45,458 nucleotides of DNA from Candidatus Berkelbacteria bacterium (GTDB taxonomy: Bacteria > Patescibacteriota > UBA1384 > VFKW01), in contig VFKW01000035.1 of assembly GCA_009885355.1 (NCBI GenBank), positions 1-45,458 of the forward strand, written 5' to 3'. The number at the start of each line of letters is the position of its first letter. The first letter of the stretch is position 1. The notes under the pieces are model-generated. The model did not search any database. It was not told where the DNA came from and was given only the letters and a program-made list of their open reading frames with translations. Positions 1-13,393 of this stretch are shown in pieces. The translations under genes and the position numbers were made by a program.

Positions 1-1151
1 CTATCAGATGGTTGATACACATCTACTTCAAGAGCGTATGAAACCACCGTTGGAGTCAAGCCATCGTTCTGATCAACATCTTCCATCATAAGATGTGGAT
101 CATCGCCATTAGCCGGGTTGTTGCTGCTTAATGGCGCCCATTTTGTAGAAGAAAAGTTCGCAATACCTGTCAGACCGGAGTATTGAGTTGTATTATAACC
201 CAACCAGCCGGTATTAGCATTTTTAGTCGGTGCGGTTGGCGAAGTCCAGACTTGTGGAGTTGTCGCATTTGCCGCATTTCCAGCATAAGGATCAATATTA
301 TTTCCAGCGACCGACGTTCCTGTTAATGGTGTTGTCATTAGACCATAAACTATAAATCCATTATTAGCGTTGGTCCTCACCGTCAAACTGTGCGCCAATA
401 ATCTGATTGCATTTGGCGTCAAGGTCAAAAATGGAAGTGTATTGTAAGTTGAATCATTTGTTGTGTCATCTGTACCGTTTGCATCACCAACGGCTGTGGC
501 AACTGCAACTCCTGCTACGACAAATGTCAAAGCTGGATCAATTTTTGCCGTCATTGTCACATCAGCGGTAATATCATAAGTCAAAACTACATTATCTTTC
601 TTTTGACCATCAAGCATGCCTTCATTGTTCCAAGTTTGGATTTCGATAAAACATGTACCAGCCGATAAATTTCCATTGCCGGTCCCGGCATTGTTTGTAC
701 TTGTACAACCTGGAGTAACATCTCCACGCTGGGAAATATCCGGATTGACAATTCCATCCATGGTCCACTCAAGGGCTGCACCACTGGCAATTTCAGCTCC
801 TGCGGCATTTATCAATGTGATACCGGTTGAGATTGTGGAAACATCAGCTGTCCAATCCCCTACAACACCTGAATTTATAGCAAATAATGATGCTCCTAAA
901 ATGTCCAGTGAAGTTGGTGTCGTTCCACCTGTTGCCGCACTTTTCCAGTTCATTCTGATAGCTTTAACATTATGGGTTGAACCCAATGTCATCTTAAAGA
1001 TATATTTCGATCCAACTACTGGTTTTGGATTTGAAAGTCGGACACTTGCATTACCCATCAGTGCCGCTTGTGCCTGTATTGGCATGTAGAAACCAGCTAC
1101 CGTCATAAACGTTATGACAGCAACTAAAGCCTTGTGAAAATGTTTTTGCAT
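1..1151 (-). CDS. Secreted surface protein, N-terminal 383 codons (C-terminus lies beyond the left window edge)
   Basis: Absent from the supplied ORF track, probably because it is open at the window edge. Minus frame checked by hand: ATG at 1151-1149, GGAGGAG (complement of 1155-1161) just upstream, and no stop codon down to base 3. The N-terminus MQKHFHKALVAVITFMTVAGFYMPIQAQAA looks like a signal peptide. The body is T/N/G/A-rich. No family recognised. Confidence 0.75.
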   Translation of the reverse strand, partial: MQKHFHKALVAVITFMTVAGFYMPIQAQAALMGNASVRLSNPKPVVGSKYIFKMTLGSTHNVKAIRMNWKSAATGGTTPTSLDILGASLFAINSGVVGDWTADVSTISTGITLINAAGAEIASGAALEWTMDGIVNPDISQRGDVTPGCTSTNNAGTGNGNLSAGTCFIEIQTWNNEGMLDGQKKDNVVLTYDITADVTMTAKIDPALTFVVAGVAVATAVGDANGTDDTTNDSTYNTLPFLTLTPNAIRLLAHSLTVRTNANNGFIVYGLMTTPLTGTSVAGNNIDPYAGNAANATTPQVWTSPTAPTKNANTGWLGYNTTQYSGLTGIANFSSTKWAPLSSNNPANGDDPHLMMEDVDQNDGLTPTVVSYALEVDVYQPSD

Positions 1152-1267
1152 TTTCTCCTCCTTTTACTTAATAATTTTTATACTTCTTAAAACAAAAATA
1201 ATATCATATTCTAATAAATTCCCCTTCCTTAAGTTTTTTAAGAATATTTAAGTTTTATTCTTTTATT

Positions 1268-1305
1268 AATATACATGGGCCAAATAATAATATACATGGA
1301 CCAAA
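1268..1305. repeat. Tandem direct repeat upstream of the 1..1151 gene
   Basis: AATATACATGG(G/A)CCAAA occurs twice (1268-1284 and 1289-1305; 21-nt period, one mismatch), about 120-150 nt upstream of the start codon at 1151. Function unknown. Confidence 0.6.
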
Positions 1306-1398
1306 ATGGTTCGTTAACCTATAAAATTCTGACCAGTAAACAATCTATTATTATCATAAATTATACTAAAATGTCTGTCAATAGCTGCATTAGTATTC

Positions 1399-3982
<2,584 letters not shown>

Positions 3983-3995
3983 TTAGAGCTTCTCC

Positions 3996-5822
3996 TTAGG
4001 TTTTTGGTGCTGTTGTCGCCTCGGGCGCCTTTGACTTATCCACAGCCTCATCTGGCTTTGCTTCTTCTTTCTTTTCTGGACTTTCAGGTTTTTTATCATC
4101 TCCGGCCGCCCCTTCAACAGGTGCCGTGCTTGTCGGCTTTACTTGCGCCGCGATTACCTTATCATATTCAATTTTTAGTGATTTTGCTACCGGCGTGTCA
4201 TTTTCGGCTATAAATTTGACTAAAAAATCCTTCAACGGCGACAAATCTTTGTCATCTACCTTTTTAGTACTTGTTCTCTCGGTTAATACACTAAATTGGT
4301 CTATTTTTTTTCGATAAAAATCCACCAATTCAATCTTTAATTTTGCCACCAAATCTAAAGCTAAATAATCAATATAGCCTTCACAAGTCACAAAAAGTAA
4401 AATTGTTTCTTCCGTCGGCGTAAAATTTAATCCCGATGCTTGGTTGAAAAATTCCAAAATTCTTTTGCCGCGATTGATTTCTTTTTCTGTTTCTTGGGTG
4501 ATTTCCGTATTCATCGTCTCATAAGATTTCACTTCATTATAACGAGCCAATTGCGAACCGGCCATGCTGCCGTAATTTCTCAAAATTTTTGGCTGGATAC
4601 TTCCGCCGATACGAGAAACCGACGAGCTCGAATTTACCGCCGGCAATATACCATCGTGCAGCATCTGACTGTCAAGATAAATATGTCCGTCCGTGATCGA
4701 CATCAGATTTGTTGTTATATATTCTGAAATATCTCCATTTTGCGTTTCGCAAAGCGGCAAGGCTGTGATCGAGCCTCCGGTAAATTCAGTCGCCACCTTC
4801 GCGCTTCTTTCCAATAATCTGGAATGTAAATAGAAAATATCACCAGGATAGGCATCTCTACCAGGAGAGCGTTTTAAAAGTAGCGACATTTGACGATAAG
4901 CTTTGGCATGTTTTGATAAATCATCATATATAACCAGCGCATCTTTGCCCAAATCGCTAAAATATTCAGCGATTGCCGTTCCGGCGTAAGGCGCTAAATA
5001 ATTTAATGATGGCGGATCATCTGAACTCCCCATCACAATTGTTGTATATTCAAGCGCTCCATGCTTTCCCAAATACTGCGAAAAAGCCTTCACTTTTGCC
5101 TTTTGTCCTCCGATTGTCACATAAATACAGTAGATATTTTGACCTTTTAAATTACAAATAATATCTGCCATCAGGCGGGTTTTCCCGGTTTTTCTATCCC
5201 CAGTTACTAGTTCTCTTTGCCCGCGGCCAATCGGGATAATCGAATCAACCACCAAAAAACCGGTTTTCAATTGATCAATAATCGGTGTTCTCATATAAAC
5301 CGGCGGCGCCGGCCGTTCCACTTCCATCAATTTCGAGCCTCGAATTACTCCTTTGCCATCCAGTGGCTTGCCGATAGGAGAGATCACTCTTCCCAAAACT
5401 CCATTACCAGCCGGTATTTTTAAAGTTTTTTGCGTTGAAATTACCATATTACCTTTTTTGACTCCAAAATAATCACCCAAAACCACAGTTTCTACTAGGT
5501 CGCTTGAGATGCCAAGGACCAATACCAAAACATCGCCCCCCTCGTCCGTTTTGATTTTTAGCACATCATCAATCCGGGCATTTGACAGCCCGATAATTTT
5601 ACAAATCCCATCCCCGATATATATAACCTCGCCCACTTCCAAAATTTCAGGAGTAAGCTCGGCCTCGGGAAGTGATTTTTCCAGCATCTCGGTGATTTTT
5701 GATTGACTATCTCGGTCTTTTTTTATTATTTTTAAATCAATTCCCTCGAGTTCATCTTTCAAAAAATCTTCAATACTTCCAATCATCTGTTTTACCCTGC
5801 TTTCTGAATTGATTTCTTCCAT
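3996..5822 (-). CDS. atpA: F-type ATPase alpha subunit with N- and C-terminal extensions
   Basis: 608 aa with Walker A GDRKTGKT and an alpha-type core (..VIYDDLSKHAKAYRQMSLLLKRSPGRDAYPGDIFYLHSRLLERSAK..). It is about 100 aa longer than a typical alpha. The ATG at 5786 (M13) is an alternative start. Confidence 0.93.
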   Translation of the reverse strand: MEEINSESRVKQMIGSIEDFLKDELEGIDLKIIKKDRDSQSKITEMLEKSLPEAELTPEILEVGEVIYIGDGICKIIGLSNARIDDVLKIKTDEGGDVLVLVLGISSDLVETVVLGDYFGVKKGNMVISTQKTLKIPAGNGVLGRVISPIGKPLDGKGVIRGSKLMEVERPAPPVYMRTPIIDQLKTGFLVVDSIIPIGRGQRELVTGDRKTGKTRLMADIICNLKGQNIYCIYVTIGGQKAKVKAFSQYLGKHGALEYTTIVMGSSDDPPSLNYLAPYAGTAIAEYFSDLGKDALVIYDDLSKHAKAYRQMSLLLKRSPGRDAYPGDIFYLHSRLLERSAKVATEFTGGSITALPLCETQNGDISEYITTNLMSITDGHIYLDSQMLHDGILPAVNSSSSVSRIGGSIQPKILRNYGSMAGSQLARYNEVKSYETMNTEITQETEKEINRGKRILEFFNQASGLNFTPTEETILLFVTCEGYIDYLALDLVAKLKIELVDFYRKKIDQFSVLTERTSTKKVDDKDLSPLKDFLVKFIAENDTPVAKSLKIEYDKVIAAQVKPTSTAPVEGAAGDDKKPESPEKKEEAKPDEAVDKSKAPEATTAPKT

Positions 5823-6334
5823 TGACTAGTTAATATATTCATCCTGGTCTTTAATGAATAATCCAATATAAAATTATCTTTTTTAATAATTGCCCCACCC
5901 AGAATATTTTTATCGACTTTTAGTTGAATTACGACCTTTCTTTCCATTTTTTTGGAGAGTTTGTCAGTCAAATTTCGGGTATCTTCGTCATTTAATTCTA
6001 TTGCCGCCGTTAAATTGAAAAAAACTATCTTGGCCGAAATTTCTGCAAATTCATCTGAAAACGTTTTAAAATGCCCCGGATCAAACAGCCAAAGATCGCC
6101 CTTTTTAATCAATTCTTCAAAATAATTTCGAAGAGAGTCCGTCTCAATATTTTCCAGATTTGACTCTACTAAAATTCGTCTTTTATCTGTCTCATCTCCT
6201 GAGGATTTAACCACCGAATTATATCCGATCTTGTCGGAAAATATCGATAAATCAAAAGAGATTTGCTCTAATTCGTCTTTTCTATAGATCAAATCTAAGA
6301 TCGCCTTCAAATATTTTTCGATCTCACTTGTCAT
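5792..6334 (-). CDS. atpH: F-type ATPase delta (OSCP) subunit
   Basis: 180 aa, positioned between b and alpha, with a delta-like C-terminus (..VDKNILGGAIIKKDNFILDYSLKTRMNIL..). Confidence 0.85.
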   Translation of the reverse strand: MTSEIEKYLKAILDLIYRKDELEQISFDLSIFSDKIGYNSVVKSSGDETDKRRILVESNLENIETDSLRNYFEELIKKGDLWLFDPGHFKTFSDEFAEISAKIVFFNLTAAIELNDEDTRNLTDKLSKKMERKVVIQLKVDKNILGGAIIKKDNFILDYSLKTRMNILTSQWKKSIQKAG

Positions 6335-6839
6335 CGTTTATCTCGCCTTCAACTTCTAAAAATGCTTTTTCGATCAGTTCTCTGTGGTCTTCATAAGTCA
6401 AACTTTTTGCCAAAACTTTTTTTGCCACTCCCATCACCAAGTCAACCATTTTTGTCTGCACTTCTTTTTTCTGTTCTTCTAGAAAATTATCCGCTTCTTC
6501 TTTTACATCTTCTTCGATTTTCTTCGCTTTTTCTTGTGCTTTTTTAATGATCTCGTCTGCCTGGCTCTTATCAATTATTACTTCTTTTGGTTTATTGAGT
6601 CTTTCCCGCAATATTTGTCGGTGCTTGTCTTCCAAGTCCTGAACAATCGATTTTAATTTTGCAATCTCTTTTTTTTCTCTAGCTTTTCTCTCTGCGATCT
6701 GTTGCAAATACTTTTCTTTTATTTCATGCAATTTCTTTTCGGCGATTTGTTGGATCTTTTTTTCTCGGTAATTAAAATAATAGCCTAAGAGAAATAGACA
6801 AACTCCGGTAATTGCTAAATTGGTAAATAAAACGTTCAT
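6324..6839 (-). CDS. atpF: F-type ATPase b subunit (peripheral stalk)
   Basis: 171 aa with one N-terminal TM helix (NLAITGVCLFLLGYYF) followed by a long K/E-rich helix. GGAGGGG lies between the upstream TAG (6858-6860) and ATG 6839. Confidence 0.85.
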   Translation of the reverse strand: MNVLFTNLAITGVCLFLLGYYFNYREKKIQQIAEKKLHEIKEKYLQQIAERKAREKKEIAKLKSIVQDLEDKHRQILRERLNKPKEVIIDKSQADEIIKKAQEKAKKIEEDVKEEADNFLEEQKKEVQTKMVDLVMGVAKKVLAKSLTYEDHRELIEKAFLEVEGEINDDK

Positions 6840-6857
6840 CTTTCCCCTCCAAATTTT

Positions 6858-8936
<2,079 letters not shown>

Positions 8937-8960
8937 TCAAATATTTCCCCAACCGCAAAT

Positions 8961-9107
8961 TAGTAGTTAGTAGTTGGGAGTTGGTAGCTAGGGGAATGCC
9001 GACGACATTGCCACAAAAAACTAGTGTTGCTCCATATCGTTTAGAATCGTCAACAAAACTTTAAACGGCCCCACAACTACTATCTACTAACTACCAGCTA
9101 CTACTAG
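8961..9107. repeat. TAG/CTA-rich imperfect inverted repeat pair
   Basis: The left arm TAGTAGTTAGTAGTTGGGAGTTGGTAGCTAGGGG (8961-8994) and right arm CCCCACAACTACTATCTACTAACTACCAGCTACTACTAG (9069-9107) are imperfect reverse complements about 74 nt apart. The right arm overlaps the stop codon of the 9104..10342 gene. Confidence 0.65.
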
Positions 9108-10342
9108 GTTTGCCAGAAGAACATCATAATACTGAAGTCGATTAGATTAACAAGACCGTCATTATTTATATCAGCCAATGGACTTGTTGACGCCCAGTAA
9201 TAAAGCAGGATAGAAAAATCCGTTAAATTGGTGCGGCTATCACAACTCAAATCGCCTTGGGATATGTCACAAGCCGGGTCTCCATCGGGCGGATCAACTG
9301 ACGGATCAACTACTTTAAAATTCAAACTAAAACTAAATAAGCTTTTATTGCCGATATTATCATGAACAAGTGTATATAGTACATGGTCCCCCAACTCAAA
9401 ATCATTTGTATTTGTCAGTGTATAACTGTAAGATCCATTGCTGGCAACTGTGTCTTCATAGCTTTGCAATGGCGGCTCTGTATAAGTAGTCAATCCCCAA
9501 TCTGAAATACTAATACCACTAGCAGTCAAAGGTTCTCCCCTTGTTATTTCAGTTTTATCAAGCTCAATTGTCGGTGGGATTATTATGCCGCTTACCTGGG
9601 TAACTATATAAGGCTGGATAAACATTCGAATTTCAACCGATGGCGTATAACGATCACGGAAATCAGTTCCATAGACCAATATTAAATGTTCATTTGGAGA
9701 AAAACCTGACATTAGTTGGGAAAAAGCGCCAGCGCCGTCAGATAGACAAGTGCCAATATTTACATTATTTTCTGTAAATGCTATCAGCATATTTGGACCG
9801 GCCTGGCCAGATACTATTATTTGTCCGTTATTTGCCGGTACCTCTGCTCGCACAATAACCGATCCATCTGTACTGGTTGCTAATATATGTGCTCGATTAT
9901 AGGTTATAGCTCCGTTTGCATCTGGTGAAATTTTAATATAGACATCAAACGCTCCCGGAATTGAAGGATTTTTTGCACGCAGATCATTTATACTTAAATA
10001 ATTATCAGGCAATAATTCGATCCCGGTAATTGTTAATGTATTGCCATTAATAGTATATTCAGGTGTTCCAGTAAAGCCACCTCCAAGGAATATTGGTGCT
10101 TGTACATTTGAAAAATATACGAAGTTAATTATCAAATAATCATCCACATGAAGAGTTTGCGAACCGGTTGGTAAACCAAAACGAATGTTATGCATAGCAA
10201 ATGCTTCCGGTGTATCATTGGAAATAATATCTTTTGGTGCATCAAGATAATCAATAGTAGCCGCTTTTACAAGCGGCAGTCTTGGGATAAGCACGCAAAT
10301 TAAAAGTGCTATCGATATAAATTTGGCAAACTTAAAATTCAC
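9104..10342 (-). CDS. Secreted protein with C-terminal dockerin-like repeats
   Basis: 412 aa, starting at GTG 10342 with GAGAGGGG upstream, with a signal peptide (..LPLVKAAT). The C-terminus ..DLSCDSRTNLTDFSILLYYWASTSPLADINNDGLVNLIDFSIMMFFW contains two dockerin/EF-hand-like segments. Confidence 0.8.
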   Translation of the reverse strand: MNFKFAKFISIALLICVLIPRLPLVKAATIDYLDAPKDIISNDTPEAFAMHNIRFGLPTGSQTLHVDDYLIINFVYFSNVQAPIFLGGGFTGTPEYTINGNTLTITGIELLPDNYLSINDLRAKNPSIPGAFDVYIKISPDANGAITYNRAHILATSTDGSVIVRAEVPANNGQIIVSGQAGPNMLIAFTENNVNIGTCLSDGAGAFSQLMSGFSPNEHLILVYGTDFRDRYTPSVEIRMFIQPYIVTQVSGIIIPPTIELDKTEITRGEPLTASGISISDWGLTTYTEPPLQSYEDTVASNGSYSYTLTNTNDFELGDHVLYTLVHDNIGNKSLFSFSLNFKVVDPSVDPPDGDPACDISQGDLSCDSRTNLTDFSILLYYWASTSPLADINNDGLVNLIDFSIMMFFWQT

Positions 10343-10420
10343 AATAAATGCCCCTCTCTAACTAGATTATCATTTTTTTTATATAAATAACAGGCGTTTT
10401 AATGCATCCTTAGCTATGGA

Positions 10421-10470
10421 TAGAATATAGAAAAATAAGAGCCCGTAAGCTCTTATTTTTCTATATTCTA
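10421..10470. terminator. Long perfect hairpin downstream of the 10491 gene
   Basis: A perfect 22-bp stem TAGAATATAGAAAAATAAGAGC / GCTCTTATTTTTCTATATTCTA with the 6-nt loop CCGTAA, lying 20 nt beyond the 10491 stop codon. Confidence 0.6.
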
Positions 10471-10490
10471 GGTTCTATATATTCTAAATT

Positions 10491-11426
10491 CTATTTAGTC
10501 AGATTATGCAACATCTTTTTGACATTCTTTCGTCCGGTGATCATAGCTACCAGTAAGATGATTACAATTACTATGATCGCTATTAGATATTTTGGGAAGA
10601 CAATAAACGCTGTAGTTGCCGATAAAGATTTTCCATCATTTTGCCCATATTTTGCAACCAAAGTTGCTGTATATCGATTTGCCAACATTCCTTTTGGTTT
10701 CCACACGGTTTCCATCTTTCGAATTGCTCCTGGTAATACATTCAATCCATTTAGATCGATTTGAGCTACTTTTTGGCCAAACATATTTGTAATTACGATC
10801 GTACCTTTTGGTCGAACGTGGTTATTACCAGTATCTTTTACTCGAAGATCAAGTGAAATAGGCCCTTTTTCATAATAATTTTTAGTTGTTTTAAATGAAG
10901 CAACGTTCGCTTCCTCTTTAACATTTCCAGATACTCGAAGTAAGATAAGTGATCCAACACGACTACTAACCGAAGCACCACTCTTAACTTCGCCGCCACC
11001 CATTACTACTAAAATCGAACCATAATGTCCGCCTGGTTCAGCATTTTTTGGTACATTAATTGAAAATGGAATTTCTTTTTCTTGTCCGGCAGCAAGTGTA
11101 AAAGTTTTAGGTTCTGGAAATACCCATTTGGATAATGAATAAGTTGTACTAGATTGACCATCGTCAATTAAAGCTACCCCGCCTTCTTCGCCGACTGCTT
11201 TAAAATCATCAACTATAATAGAGTATTTTGTTTCACTACCGGAATCATTTCTTACCTTGATTTTATCATTCAAGCTATCGCCTGGATTAGCATAAAGCTC
11301 AAAAGAAGGTGGTATGACCGTAATTCCTCTACCGCTTGTATCAGCCGCACTCACAAAAGACGGCGTGCCGAATAAAAATACCAGTGTACAAGCTCCTGCC
11401 AGGACAATTATCATCCTTTTTAGCAT
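10491..11426 (-). CDS. Cell-surface protein with C-terminal TM anchor (DUF916/DUF3324-like, tentative)
   Basis: The ORF opens at 11471, but AAGGAG sits 5 nt before ATG 11426 (MLKRMIIVLAGACTLVFLF..SAAD signal peptide), giving 311 aa. It has a C-terminal TM helix (YLIAIIVIVIILLVAMI) plus a basic tail. The architecture and the ..VIPPSFELYANPGDS..KVRNDS.. region recall DUF916/DUF3324 surface proteins. Confidence 0.7.
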   Translation of the reverse strand: MLKRMIIVLAGACTLVFLFGTPSFVSAADTSGRGITVIPPSFELYANPGDSLNDKIKVRNDSGSETKYSIIVDDFKAVGEEGGVALIDDGQSSTTYSLSKWVFPEPKTFTLAAGQEKEIPFSINVPKNAEPGGHYGSILVVMGGGEVKSGASVSSRVGSLILLRVSGNVKEEANVASFKTTKNYYEKGPISLDLRVKDTGNNHVRPKGTIVITNMFGQKVAQIDLNGLNVLPGAIRKMETVWKPKGMLANRYTATLVAKYGQNDGKSLSATTAFIVFPKYLIAIIVIVIILLVAMITGRKNVKKMLHNLTK

Positions 11427-11637
11427 AGAAACTCCTTTATAGCTTCTTACAATTATCATCATATATAACAATGATATAAATTAATATTAATCTTGTCAAA
11501 TAAAAACCATCTATTAACAAAGATCCCTTGGATCTTACATCAAGTATTTAAACCAAAATACCATTCCAGCTAATAATAAGAGTATTTTTAGTAAATGTCA
11601 AATTTTTATGCATATTTTTATTAAATAGTTCGCAAAA

Positions 11638-12666
11638 TTAGCTTTTTAAAATCGATAATTTACTTTTTTCTTCAGTGGTTAATTCGTTTTTAGCTTGCTC
11701 AAATTCTTGGATTATTCTCTCTTTGCCTCCCTCAACTTTCTGATCTACCAGGTCAAGCTTGCTTTCCAAAGAGGAAAGTGTTCCCAAATGGCTGTCAAAT
11801 AGATGCACAAGCTCTAAGTGCCTTTTCTTCTCTGTAAAATACAGTTTAATCGCCAAATTTACGACCAGTACAATTAATAATACTGTTGGCAATAAGCCAT
11901 AATATAATGGATTTTTAAAAGCTGAACCTTTGACAGATACTTTTGTGTTATCTTCTGAAGCTTTCAAAACATCTTCTTTGTTTGCTCCTGATCGTCCATT
12001 AACTTGTTTTAAGGATCCTTTTATTCTGCCGGGCACAGTATTGATATTTTTCAAAATCGGAATTGTCATCGCGTCATTACTTGGTTTCAATCCGCTTTCC
12101 TCTGGTGCGATTTTTTCCGGCGGTCCGCTTGCGGAAGCTGCCTCGCCAGTAGATGTGTCAGTCGGTGTTTGCCCCACACCGTAAGTATTTATTGACAAGG
12201 TCTTTACTGTAAAACCTTCGACTTGTGCTCCGGTCGGTCCGTATCTGGCCTCAAAATTCTTAATTTCGATCAAGGCCGTGCCAGCCGTTTTTACCTTGAA
12301 AACTAAAGTAGTGATCAGTCCTATTCCTGTAAAGCCTGCCTTGCCTACAATTCCACATTCATAGCGTGTTGCCGATTGTGTTCCTCCTGGCATCGGTAAA
12401 ACTGATCCACTGTTGCTTGGCGAATTTGACTCTGCTTGTAAAATTTCCGTCGGGTATGAAATATCAAATCCTACCGCTCCAACTGGATCAGTGCCGGTGT
12501 CGATATTTATTTTAACTTCGAGCTTTTGGCCGACTTCAACTGAACTCATCGATGGCATCAAAGTAACTTCTTTAGCCGCCGCCAATGTTTCAAGCGGCGA
12601 CAAAAATATCGCCCCCAAAATCGGTAGCAACAAAATCACGCAGATTTTTCTGGCTAAATTTATCAT
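11638..12666 (-). CDS. Cohesin-like surface protein with TM helix and cytoplasmic coiled-coil tail
   Basis: 342 aa with a signal peptide and the cohesin-like module ..VEVGQKLEVKINIDTGTDPVGAVGFDISYPTEILQA... A TM helix (LLPTVLLIVLVVNLAIKLYF) is followed by a ~70-aa helical tail. There is an ATGA start/stop overlap with the upstream gene. Confidence 0.75.
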   Translation of the reverse strand: MINLARKICVILLLPILGAIFLSPLETLAAAKEVTLMPSMSSVEVGQKLEVKINIDTGTDPVGAVGFDISYPTEILQAESNSPSNSGSVLPMPGGTQSATRYECGIVGKAGFTGIGLITTLVFKVKTAGTALIEIKNFEARYGPTGAQVEGFTVKTLSINTYGVGQTPTDTSTGEAASASGPPEKIAPEESGLKPSNDAMTIPILKNINTVPGRIKGSLKQVNGRSGANKEDVLKASEDNTKVSVKGSAFKNPLYYGLLPTVLLIVLVVNLAIKLYFTEKKRHLELVHLFDSHLGTLSSLESKLDLVDQKVEGGKERIIQEFEQAKNELTTEEKSKLSILKS

Positions 12667-13223
12667 ATCCCCGCTTTGATCTTTATACTCACAGTATCCA
12701 AATCCTTCAATAAATTGGTTCCCTTACCGTCATTTGCCAACACCATACTCTGTTTACTAACCTTCAAATCGGTCGTTTTTATCGCTTTTGTTAAAAATTC
12801 GATCGTCTGCATCGTATTTTTCCCTTTAAATCCAGGGTAAGGCGTGCCGCAGGCTAGTTTTATCAAACCTTTTTCATTACTATAGCTATTTTCCGGATAA
12901 AATTTGCAAAAAGATTCAGTCGTATCATTTTTTATAACTTGCAGGACGCGCGGATCAAATTCAATATAGCTTTGGGCTGCATTTATATAATAATTATGAG
13001 TATCAACAATTATCTTCGCTTTAAAAGTTTTTCCCACTCCGCTTATTTCTGTCGGTGCTTCGATCGTCAAGGTCGAATTACTCTTATTGACCTGGGTTTT
13101 ATTCCAATCCACCCTCACTTTTGGATTTGGTTTAAAAAATAACGCATAAATAATAATTCCTGCTAATATTAAAACCAGCAAAAATTGCTTCTTGATAAAG
13201 TCTAGGATGATATCTTTATTCAC
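12663..13223 (-). CDS. Membrane-anchored cohesin-like protein
   Basis: 186 aa, starting at GTG 13223 with AGGAG about 8 nt upstream. It has an N-terminal TM anchor. ..GKTFKAKIIVDTHNYYINAAQSYIEFDPRVLQV.. is a weaker cohesin-like match. Confidence 0.65.
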   Translation of the reverse strand: MNKDIILDFIKKQFLLVLILAGIIIYALFFKPNPKVRVDWNKTQVNKSNSTLTIEAPTEISGVGKTFKAKIIVDTHNYYINAAQSYIEFDPRVLQVIKNDTTESFCKFYPENSYSNEKGLIKLACGTPYPGFKGKNTMQTIEFLTKAIKTTDLKVSKQSMVLANDGKGTNLLKDLDTVSIKIKAGI

Positions 13224-13393
13224 TTTTCGTTCTCCTATTTAAAAATAATAAAAAACTGGTTCAATTTAATTTTAAATCAATTTCCAGTTTATTTATCGCC
13301 CTCCTAGCTTATATTGTTATTAATACTATTATAAAGTAAACAAGCGTCTTTTGCCAATATCCCTGTGCAACAATTCAGCTCTTTTGTGATTTA

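Noticed and set aside
587-1089. Track ORFs 587..808 (-) and 616..1089 (+)
   Set aside because: Both lie entirely inside the 383-codon edge-truncated minus-strand ORF, which has a strong RBS and a signal peptide. Their products are low-complexity shadow translations.
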